Positions 23,341-35,200 of a stretch of 64,000 nucleotides of DNA are shown here, piece after piece. Position 1 is the stretch's first letter; each line of letters begins with the position of its first letter. This DNA comes from Strigamia acuminata (Eukaryota). The notes under the pieces are model-generated. The model saw only the letters and a list, made by a program, of their open reading frames with translations, was not told the DNA's origin and did no database searches. The position numbers and the translations under genes are program-made. The DNA lies in contig OX442314.1 in assembly GCA_949358305.1 (NCBI GenBank), positions 9,548,001 to 9,612,000 of the forward strand, given 5' to 3'.

Positions 23341-26300
23341 ACGGGATTCGATGAAGTGATCCGACCTGAATTCTGGATCACTACAGCTTTTTTGATTTAG
23401 TTAGATATTTTGGTGATTTTTTTATTTATATTTTTCATTTGTTATACTTTGATGTTTTTTTATATTTGTTTGACGTTTTTTTTTTATTTTATTGAATTAT
23501 TTTACTTTTTGTATCGATGCTTTTATTCAGAGGCCATAGAAATAGTATTATCACATAAGTTACTCCCAGACAGCGCAACATTATATGGATGCTCTGCTTA
23601 TGGTGATGGTTTCATCAATCATAGGCAAGAAGAGGTCAAACAGATAGTTCAAATGGCTAAGATTAAATGTTAGGATTATGTTAGGATTATGACAGAAAAA
23701 AGAAAGGCTTGAGGAAAGAAAATCTTGTTTTTATAGGATTGCTAGATAAGTATCGATTGCTCAAAGAAGCAAATGTAAATCAGACAAATCACATGTAGTC
23801 TTTTGTGGCATGAATTGGGCACAGGTGAAATTCATGTTAGATTGGATTGAAAAAATTTTCTTCTTAATTGGAATAATAAATTAAGCAATAATTTCTTCCC
23901 TTCTTCGGCGCCTTCGACGGGAAAGGATTTTGATTTTGTATTGCAGCACTTCAAATTGCTATGTGTTTTACTATGTTTTTTGGCTTCTTGGCGTGTATAC
24001 AGAGTAAGTTACACGTAATATAATTTTAAATAGATATCGCGTGCGCGTGTCCCACGCGATTTCTTTTACATTTGCACATCTAAGTCGAACATACAAAATG
24101 CGTTTTCTTACCATCGATAGAGTAACTTCACTAGAAATATCAGATCCAAAACAACATAGTCAAAAGCCATGACTTTAACGACGCCAAAGATGCATTAATA
24201 CTGATGCTACAGTATAACCATCAAAATGAAACCAATGCGACGAAAAACCAAAACCAAAACCAAAACCAAAACTTGCAGTATAAGACAAATTAAAACACTA
24301 AAAAACAAGCGTGATTTTCTAATTACGAACCATGTTTTGCCAAAAAAAAATTTCTCGCCAGGCCAGAGATTACTACTATTACCAATTTAGAATAAGACTT
24401 CTTTTCATAAGTTTTCTAAACTTTGTTGTGTCAACAATCGCCTTTCCCGCGATGAGCACACACAGGAGGTTGGTTGTATGTACTCCAGGCACACAAGTTG
24501 ACACAAATTAAATTTGCAGGAGAGTTTTTGAGTCGTAAAAAGAAAGACAGAAAGCTTAGCTGTCACTGGAATCAGAAACAACACAATTCTCATAAGAAAA
24601 CGCGTATTATCCCGATGCGTCGGTAACGCTAACCTGTGCTGAATCAGGCTAAAGCCCCTTGTAAGCTGGGCGGCCAAATCAAGCGAAAGCCAAAACACAA
24701 ATGCACAGCGGAATAAATTTAATCACTGCGCTAAAACACGAAAAAAGGCGGAAAAAACAAAGAAATCCAAGTGGGTTAAAATGTTGCATGGATGTGTTGC
24801 ACAACCTTCACAACTGGTGCTCCCTTTGGGAGAGCATGAAGCAAAACCAACAGAATTTGATGATAGGGTGAAGATTTGAGACTTGAACAAGGGTCAAGGT
24901 ATTTGAGTTTCCAACAATCATGAAGTGACTACCAAAGGCAAATTGGACAAGAATTGTACAATTTCTCTGATTTTGGAACCTCCTTAGGCACAGCATAGGT
25001 GCACAGTCTGGTTATAACGTGAAATAACAAGCAAGAAAAATCAAACCACACCAATATGAAAACTATGAAGAAATGCCACGAAAAATTAAATAAAAATAAA
25101 CATTAATTGGAAATGTAGCATTATTGCGGAACAGAGATTTATAGCCCAAATGACCAGAGTTCTCTCTTCCAGTTCGACTTAGACAAGTCATCAGTTTATC
25201 CAGCAGTGACCAATTGCAACAAGCAACAGTGGAAATCAATATAATAAAAAATAAAAAATCTAAAGAATTGATTTTAAAACACCAAACAAAAGAAAATAAA
25301 ACGATATTGCTTGAGTCACACATTAACAAATATATTCATTTTAAATGCATTAGGCCTAAACTAGAATCCAGAAGTTAAATTAAGCCTAAACTAGAATCAG
25401 AAGTGAAATTAAGCCTAAACAACAATCCAGAAGTGAAATTAAGCCTAAAATGAATGAAATCAAAGTTATCAACTCGTATCAAACCATCCAATTCCTTGGT
25501 TGTGCATCTATAGAATTCTACGTAAATACGAATGGAATTTGGTGAAAAATATCAACCTAAGAGAGAAAACGGAGAGAGAAAACGATGAGAGAAAACGATG
25601 AAAACGAAATGGAAGGCATGACCCAAAATCTCGCCTCGTGCTGACCGAGTTACTGACAGATTATTGTTTAGCGTATGGTATTGTCGTCATAAAATGCACA
25701 TCCACACCCTCTGCTGTTAAACGACCAAAACATCATAGAAATGCACTAAACGCAAATTGGATCGCAGCATTGGACTAAGTCTCGAAATCAAACATTTTAT
25801 CCAGTTGTCTCCGAACTGTTAGAACAACTCAATCTTTGATAATTTACACGTTATGAATTGTATTTCATCAAGTAACTTTGTGTTTAAGTGTAAATTAAGT
25901 TTTGAATTAAAAGCTGGATTTTTGACGTAAAAATTGCATTTCTGACGTAAAAATTGCAGTTTTTTGACGAAAAAATAGAATTGATGGTTTTTATAAAACC
26001 TGATAAAATTAAATTTCCGTTTTTAATTTTATCAGATTTTATAAAAACCATCAAATTTTGTTTTGCTATTTTCTTCGCATATTTCGCGTGTTACTGATCA
26101 ATTTGATGGCTAAACGCAAGATACACGTATTGTTTATGTATTTTGCACGATTTGTGCGCGTTTTGTCCACGTTTCGTGCACGTCTTGTGCAGTGTTGTTT
26201 CAAGCGGTCATTTTGACCGCATTCGGCCTTTCTAGGTCAATTCTCTTTTTTAAAATTTTTTTAAAAGAAAAATGCCACGTTTGCTGATTTATGATGTAAA

Positions 26301-26675
26301 GTATCATAAATCAGTAAAAGTGGAAAAATACCAGCATTGTAAACCCATTGGGTTTATTGCTACAGCTGTTTAAAACAGCTGTTGCGGTCAAAATGACCGC
26401 TCTGGCCTTTGTAGTGTTAAGACATTTGTGGCTTAAAACTGTCCATTTTAGATGAAAAAGGCATTTTTGGGTCTAAAGTGGTCTAAAACTGCAGTGTGTG
26501 CCAGTCATACGTTTAACCAAACATCAACATTAGTGCGAAAATAGAATAATCATCCGTGTAAAAAAATTTTATGTTAAAAAGGAATAAATTACAGAAGGGT
26601 AAAAATATTTCACGAGGAAGATAGATATATTGTATTGTATGTACACGCACAAACGACCAAAAAACTAAATGATTA

Positions 26676-29600
26676 TTAAATTAAAGAATCCAAAAACGAT
26701 TCCACCGCCGCAACCATTTTCCTTATGTAAAGCGGACTCGGCTTAACCGCGTCCAACACGTCCAAAATCGATTTTTCCCTGCAAATAACGCAAAAATACG
26801 TAAAAAAAACGCAATTAATAACGTTAGATAAATTTACAGCGATGGTTTTCCGATGGTTATCTCGATTTTCGGTTCGATTTTCGCGTCCGGATACGAATTC
26901 GGCGTCACGTTGAACGCCAATCTGAACATAACGTGCGCCCTATCGTGCGAAAAATTAATCCAAACCCTAAAAACGAAAATTTAATTGAAAAAACCGTTTA
27001 AAATCGATTAAAAATTCGTTTTTTCACGTTTTGTCGTCGACTTCCAACGGATGTTTGGCCGCCACGTGCTCCAAATCGTAAACGAAAAGCCGCGCGCCGG
27101 CCACGACCAAAGAAACTTCCATCAACACCTGAAAACAATTCAAAAATTAAATTCAAATTCAAATTCAAATTCTATTTTCTTCACTTTATATATCTCGAAA
27201 GTGGTCGGACTTTTCTCTAAAAATCCCGCCCGGTTCACGCCGTTCAGAATGAGCCAGTGGCACAACTCAGACAATTTCGTTTTTTCCTTTTTATCTAAAA
27301 ATTTAAAATTTAAAAAATTAAATCAAATTTAGAAATTCAAAAATTTAAATTACTTGGATTCGGTTTAAACGCGATAGAAGCGACTTTGAAAGCCGGCAAA
27401 TGCGCTAGACACTCGGGCGCCGCGATCCTCTCGCCGTAGAGAACTTCGAGTAAGAGCGACCGGTTGAAATAAGAGATGCAAAAGCCGGTGTCGTCGTGCG
27501 ACTCGAAATCGCCTTCGCGGGAGCTCCACTCGGCGTGCGCTCGGCGGTGAGTTTCTTTCACTTTTTTCTTGAATTCTTCGAATCCTGCGATCGCTTTCTC
27601 TTTCTCGTTCGCGGCCGATTCGGCTTCGATCTGCAAGCGGTCCTTCAGCGGCCGCAATAACTCCACTTCTTTTCTCTCTCTTTCGAATTGTTTTTGCTTC
27701 TCTGCCAATATTTTCTCCTTTTCCGCGATTTCTGCGTCCAATTTCGCCATTTGCTCGAGCTCCCACTGCGCAGGAAGCGAATCAAACATCTTATCCAGTT
27801 GTCGCTGAACTGTTAAAATTGAATTTAAAGTTAGAACAACTCACTCTTTGATAATTTACACGTTATATTTCGTCAAGTAACTTTATGTTTAAGTATAAAT
27901 TAAGTTTTGACGTAAAAGTTAAATTTTTGACGTAGAAATTGAATTTTTGACGTAGAAATTGAATTTCTGCCTTAGAAATTGAATTTCTGCCTTAGAAATT
28001 GAATTTCTGCCTTAGAAATTGAATTTCTGCCTTAGAAATTGAATTTCTGCCTTAGAAATTGAATTTCTGCCTTAGAAATTGAATTTCTGCCTTAGAAATT
28101 GAATTTCTGCCTTAGAAATTGAATTTCTGCCTTAGAAATTGAACTTCTGCCTTAGAAATTGAACTTCTGCCTTAGAAATTGAACTTCTGCCTTAGAAATT
28201 GAATTTCTGCCTTAGAAATTGAACTTCAGCCTTAGAAATTGAATTTCTGCCTTAGAAATTGAACTTCAGCCTTAGAAATTGAACTTCTGCCTTAGAAATT
28301 GAACTTCTGCCTTAGAAATTGAATTTCTGCCTTAGAAATTGAACTTCTGCCTTAGAAATTAAATTTTTGACGTAAAAATTGAATTTCTGCCTTAGAAATT
28401 GAATTTTTGACGTAAAAATTGAATTTTTGACGTAAAAATTGAATTTTTGACGTAAAAATTGAATTTCTGCCTTAGAAATTGAATTTTTGACGTAAAAATT
28501 GAATTTTTGACGTAAAAATTGAATTTTTGACGTAAAAATTGAATTTTTGACGTAAAAATTGAATTTTTGACGTAAAAATTGAATTTTTGACGTAAAAATT
28601 GAATTTTTGACGTAAAAATTGAATTTTTGACGTAAAAATTGAATTTTTGACGTAAAAATTGAATTTTTGACGTAAAAATTGAATTTTTGACGTAAAAATT
28701 GAATTTTTGACGTAAAAATTGAATTTTTGACGTAAAAATTGAATTTTTGACGTAAAAATTGAATTTTTGACGTAAAAATTGAATTTTTGACATAAAAATT
28801 GATGTTTTAAAGGCAAAAATTAAATTTTTAAATAAAAATTGTCAAATATTTGGGAAACCCTAATTTTGGAGCTTTTTACCCTTTATTGTGCTATCTAGCA
28901 TCGCGTCGGCGGCCTCCATCACGGACAAAAAGTTCAAAATTTCGTCCTCTTCATCCGACGACAAATCCGAACCCTTAAAAAAAATATAAATATATATAAA
29001 TCTAAAAATCAATTCGACCCAATTTTATTTTACTGAAATTACCTCGTTGGCTCTTTCCTCCACGGTGGCCTCGTTCTCGTTGATTGACTCCTCCCTGGGC
29101 ACATTTAGAACACTCAAAACCTCTTTACTCAACGTTTCGCGCTTCTGCGTCAATTTGGCGCACGACAAACGGACATTCTTCGACAAATACTTCGTGTCCT
29201 GCAATCTCTGTTCGTGTTGCGGAGTCACCAGCTCGAGCATACTCACTTGCGCTTCCATTTCCGCCCTGCTCAATTCCGGCTCAGAAATCTGCGTCAAAGA
29301 TTCGGAAAAAAGCGGACACGTTTCGTTGCAAATGAGTTCCTCGACGGCGCGCGACTCTTGCTCGGTGCAATCTAAAACGCTTTGCTCCTCCACGAAGTTT
29401 CTGCGCGTTATATCCCAAAATTCCGTGTCGGATCCGTCGATTTCGGGCAATTTCGACGGCGGATAATCAACTTTCTCCTCATTTGTCATCAAAAAGTCCA
29501 AAATTCTGGCCGAATCTGGAAATTTTGTGCTCGATTCAGCCGAATTTTGTGCTGCATTCGCGTTTTTCCGACTCGGTTCATCGTCGGAAGCGATTTTCGA

Positions 29601-32015
29601 TCCGCTGTCCAGTCGCAGTTCGATTGATTTCATGGATTCCTCGATGGTGATGACGTTTTTAGCCACTTCTGTGAATTCCATGTCTTCGCAGCCGTCTAAA
29701 TCGGTGCTTTGACTCGCGTTTTCTCCTATAATTGGAATTAAATGCGGTTTTTCATCAATTTTCATTGACTCCGCGTCATCCGGTAAGCGGCAGCCGACTT
29801 CAGTAAACTCCATGTCTTCGCCTTCGTTGAATACGATGGTCTGTCTTCGACTTTTGTCAACTGTGGGCTCATTTTTGTCTTTTATCGGATTCGTGATGAC
29901 TTGTGTCAACTCCATGTCTTCGCCATCGTTGAATACAATCGTCTGTCTTCGACTTTTATCGATTTTCGGTTGATTTTCAACGATTTTCGGTTGATTTTCA
30001 ACGATTTTCGGTTGATTTTCAACGATTTTCGGTTGTTTTTCAACGATTTTCGGTTGATTTTTCGCGATTTTCGGTTGCTTTCCCTCGTCAATCTGATTCG
30101 AAGTGACTTCAGTAAGGTCCATATCTTCGCCATCGTTGAATACAATCGTCTGTCTTCGACTTTTATCCAATTTCGGTTGATTTTCCACAATTTTCGGTTG
30201 ATTTTCGTCGTTAATCCGATTCGAAGTGACTTCAGTAAGCTCCATATCTTCATCATCGTTGAATACAATCGTGTGTCTTCGACTTTTATCGAATTTCGGT
30301 TGATTTTCAACGATTTTCGGTTGATTTTCCTCATTAATCTTATTCAAAGTGACTTCAGTAAGCTCCATATCTTCGCCATCGTTGAATACAATCGTCTGTC
30401 TTCGACTTTTATCGGATTTCGGTCGATTTTCCACAATTCTCGGTTGATTTTCGTCGTTAATCCGATTCGAAGTGACTTCAGTAAGGTCCATATCTTCGCC
30501 ATCGTTGAATACAATCGTCTGTCTTCGACTTTTATCGGATTTCGGTCGATTTTCCACAAATTTCGGTTGATTTTCCACAATTTGCGGTTGATTTTTCACG
30601 ATTCTCGGTTGATTTTCGTCGTTAATCCGATTCGAAGTGACTTCAGTAAGCTCCATATCTTCGCCATCGTTAAATACAATCGTCTGTCTTCGACTTTTAT
30701 CGACTTTCGGTTGATTTTCCACAATTTTCGGTCGATTTTCCACGATTTTCGGTTGATTTTTCTCGTTAATCAGATGCGAAGCGACTTCAGTAAACTCCAT
30801 GTCTTCGCCTTCGTCAAAACAAATCGTTCGCCGCCTTTCGTTCGGAGTTTTAGCGCTAATTTTCGCTTCTTCCGGCTTCTGCTCGATGTACCCCGTCACG
30901 CACTCTGTGAATTCCATCTCGGCGGCGTCGTGACACGTTTTATCCTCCTCTTCCCTCCTGTTGCTGACCTCGTCGTCGGTCGACAAGATCGTGCACATGT
31001 TTTCCTTCTCGTCGTTCCACCGCTGGCCCTTTTTCGATTGGTCAAAATCGAAGCTGGTTCCTTGCGAAATCGTTGTGATGAGCGAATTTAATATAAACTG
31101 CGACGAGAATTTCACTTCTTCCGTTATTCCGTCCTCAACTTCGGTTTTTTCGTCTTTTTCGCACGAATTTCTTTGTCGTTTCGGGTTTTCCGAACTTCCT
31201 TGAGCACCCAGGGTCTCCAGATCGCGTTTACGCTTCGTTAGATTGCAGAAAATCTGAAAATTTAACAAATTTTAACCAATTTTTCATCTTTTTAACCATT
31301 TTTTTACCTCATCGTAATCGTCCTCGTCCATATTTCCCCCGGAATTGTGGATTTTAGCACTTAAAAGGTGATCTAAACCTCCAACACGCAATTTTAAGCT
31401 GAAAAATACATAAAAAATAGCATTTATTCGAGAAAATCAAATAAATAAATTGCTTTTTTTCGATTTTTTCGGTCAAAAAAGGCATTACTTTGAAGTGTCA
31501 ACTGCTGTGGAGTTGTAGGATGACTCGTCGGACCCCGTGACTAACAAAAATAAAAATAATTTCAAATATAAATCCGAATTTCCACAAATTTTCCAATTTA
31601 CTCGTCACAAGTTCGGTGCTGTTTGAAATTCCCAACGTTACCGAATCGACGCAGAATTCCCTAAAAAAACGAACAAAAACAATTGAAATCCCGACAAATT
31701 TCCACATTTTCGACCGTCAAACTCACTTAACTTGATATTTTTCGGCAAAACTCACCCGCCGAGGTGGTTGACGAATCGTTTTCGTCTCATCGGACTGAAA
31801 ATATTCAAATTTAATACGCAAATCAACACAAATCACGTGACAAGACCGAAATACCTGCAAATTGAGTTCCAGGTCGAGATCCTGCAGCGCGGATCGATTT
31901 GGCGATTTCGATTGCTTCAAAATCTGCAAACAACAACCGAGGAAAACAAAAATAAACAAACAAAAACAAAACAAAAACAAACCGATTGCTTTTTCCGTTG
32001 ATTGTTGGTCGACAT
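26676..32015 (-). CDS. KNL1: Kinetochore scaffold KNL1/Spc105 (multi-exon)
   Basis: Exons 32015-31983, 31923-31855 and 31794-31727 give MSTNNQRKKQS|ILK...RRVSFAEKYQVK|EF (SILK and RVSF PP1 motifs). The large exon has 10 M[ED][LF]T repeats, most preceded by RRQTIVF. A coiled coil follows (27360-27810), then small RWD-like exons ending FLDSLI-stop at 26676. Confidence 0.92.
27905..28800. repeat. Intronic 20-bp satellite in two variant blocks (GAATTTCTGCCTTAGAAATT and GAATTTTTGACGTAAAAATT), about 45 copies
   Basis: Visible tandem array inside a KNL1 intron. Confidence 0.95.
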
Positions 32016-32256
32016 CTTGAACTAACCCCCGAAACTTTCAACTTACAGCAACGACGTCTGATTGGCCGCTTTAAAACCACAGTAGTGGATACCTCCATTC
32101 TCGTTGGTCCAAATTCAAATAGCTCAATCAACTATCGCCATCTATTGCTGGTGCGAGCCACTAAACAAATTCCAACCAATAGGAAAGCGATTCAGGGCAT
32201 CTGGCAAAGAAATATTTATTTTCAACCGTAATTTGGATGATTTTTAATTAGTTTAA
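32016..32256. promoter_or_regulatory. Putative bidirectional promoter between KNL1 and KNL2
   Basis: About 240 bp between divergent ATGs; CCAAT boxes in opposite orientations (ATTGG ~32061, CCAAT ~32176) and CHR-like TTTAAA/TTCAAA. Confidence 0.6.
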
Positions 32257-35200
32257 ATGCGATTAATCACAGATTCGCCTCAATATCCGCCATACGATTA
32301 CGAGGTAAGTTATTTTTAAGTGTTTGCATGATTTTGGTTCAATTTTGGTTATTTATTTTTCGTTTAATTAGGGAGAATGCGCGAAAATCGACGAGTGGAT
32401 CACTACGCCGCCGGATTCGTTAATCAGAGCCTACGCGCGGTGGATTGAAATTCGTGATTTAAACGCGAATAAAAGCATGAAGAAAAATTTAAGTTTGCTC
32501 GACAAGCTCAACTTGACGTTCCCAAAGCTGGATATAAACAATTGCAGTCACCTAAGCGAATTGACACCGCAAATATCAAACTCGTGTCGGTCGCGACGTC
32601 TCGATTTCAGTCATCGGCGCTCGCATTCATCCAATTTACACGACAGTTTTGGTCATAAATTGACAAATAACGACGGAAATATCGGTCAGACGTCACTCAG
32701 ACGCAGTAAGAGACGTGCAAATGTTGAAAAAGATGGAAATTTTGGTGAAAATGCGCCGAAAAGAGGGAAAATTGAAAAAATGGAGGAAAAAAACGCGGAA
32801 ATCAAAGACAAAAATGTTGAAATTGTCTCGTTATATAAATGGAATGTTGTTGTCAATAGCGGGAAGGTTTTCATAGAAGGATTTAAAAAGTATTTGCATG
32901 TTTTTTGGGTGGTTTTTAGTGTTATTTTTATGATTTTTATGATTTTTAGGGGCGATTTCGAGCCGAAAAAGTGGCAAACGTCGCGAATTGAGCAGAGGAT
33001 TAAACGGAACGTCGTTCGATCGGTTTCGGGGACTGATTATCGTTTGGTGGGACGGATAGTTGATGGGAAGAGAAATGGAGGTGAATTTTTGTGTTTTGTT
33101 TAGGTTTTTAGTTCGATTTTATTTACCTGGATTTGCGATTTTTTGTTTTTTGGGTTTTAGAAGGAATTCCGAAGAATGTGGCGGAGAAGTTTGTTGAAGG
33201 TTTCCCTGTCAACTGGAAGAAGCTTTTGTTGGAAACGAACACGTGAGTTTTTAAATAATGATGTATTTTTGATTTTGTTATTGTTTTTTTTTAATTTCTT
33301 TTGAATTTGTTTAATTCGTTTTTGTGTTTTCTTCTAGGAAATTATGTGAGGGACGATTAGGGAAAATCAATTCCGACGCCAATTCATGTGAGTTTTGGTT
33401 TGGTTTTATTTGGGGATTTTGTTGGGATTTTCGGTTTGTTTTAGGTTTATTAATGTTTTGATTTGTCAATTTTTTTTTTATTTATTTGGATATTTTGGTG
33501 ATTTTTTATTTGTATTTTTATTTTGATGTACTTTGATGTTTTTTTTTTATATTTGTTTGATATTTTGATACATTTATTTATTTATTTTGATATTTTGATA
33601 TATATATTTATTTATTTTGATATATTTTGATATATTTATTTATTTATTTTGATATTTTGATATTTTTAATTTAAAAAAAATATTTTTTAGATATTTTTGA
33701 ATATTTTTTTCATTTTGAAAATTTATTTTGTTTTCCTTAAATATTTTTTGATTTATTTTTAATTTTTTTGATATTTTGACCCATTTATTTATTTATTTTG
33801 ATATTTTGATATATTTATTTATTTATTTTGATATTTTGATATATTTATTTTGATATTTCGATATATTTATTTATTTATTTTGATATTTCGATATATTTAT
33901 TTTGATATTTCGATATATTTATTTATTTATTTCGATATTTCAATACATTTATTTACTTATTTTGATATTTTTAATTTTTTAAAAAAATTCTTTAGATATT
34001 TTTTGAATACTTTTTTTATTTTGAAAATTTATTTTCATTCACTTTCATTTATTTTTGCTTAATTATGAATTACTTCATCATTTTCTCTCCAACTTTAATT
34101 AATGTCTAAATTTTTAAATTATTTCCCACAGCTGGCATGGAGAAATCAATCGCTAAAATCGATGTGAATTCACACCCTCGGACCAGAAGTGGCCGCGTAG
34201 TCTTCCCACGCTTGGCCCACTGGGAACACCCGTTCTACAAGTCCCAACTCGACGACTCGACGTGTCTCGCTAACAACCCCGTAGAGAAACAAATCAAAAA
34301 TCCCGCCGCAACTCGCCGAGTAAAAAGCCGCAAGGTCAAAAAATAAAAAAAAAATCATTCATCGAATAAAATTAATAAAAAAATAATATTTCCATTTACA
34401 GAAGGCACCGGAAGTGAGCAAATTCCAACTGCCCCGCACGAAAGAAGCGAACACGAAGCGATTGACTCCCTCGCCGGCCCGTCGTCGTCTGCGCCGTCGA
34501 AGTGAGAGCAAAACTCCGACGAAGGCAAACATCGGCGATTGGCGTCCGAAGAATGTCGACACTTCGAGTGGTCCCGCATCGAGAACACGCTCCCGTACGA
34601 AGCGCAGCGACGACAAAAGACGAACATCGCCGGTGAAAATGTTCAAAGCTGCGCAGAAAAGTGCGAAGACCGATACAAAAATCAATTTATTTCCGAAAGT
34701 TGTGCTCACTCGACAAGATTTGGTGCAATCTCCGGGGAGAGACGCGAAAACTCGACGAAATTTGGTGCAAACTCCGGAGAAAGAGGCGAAAACTCGACGG
34801 AAACGGACGAAATCACCGCCAAAAGGGCCGGAGACGACGAAATTAGCCAAAAGTCCGGTGAAAATGGTTAAAATAGCCAAAACTCCGACGAAAGTGGCGA
34901 AAGTGGCGAACGTTCCGTCAACACGGAGGAAAACTTCGCCGAAACGGACGAAAAGTCCACAGAAACCGCCGAAACCTTCGCTGAAACCGACGAAAACGTT
35001 GGATAAACGGACGCAGACTCCCCGAAATGCTCGGACAACTTCGCCGAAACGAACAACGCCGGTGAAACGAACGACAACTCCGCAAAAACGAGCGAAATCT
35101 ACGCAGAAACCGACGAAACCGGCCGAAAAACGGACGAAAACGCCACAAAACAGGCCGAAAATGACCCGCAAATCGACAAAATCGCCGGAAAAACGGTCGA

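Noticed and set aside
29901..31091. 396-aa plus-strand ORF
   Set aside because: Antisense of the KNL1 MELT exon
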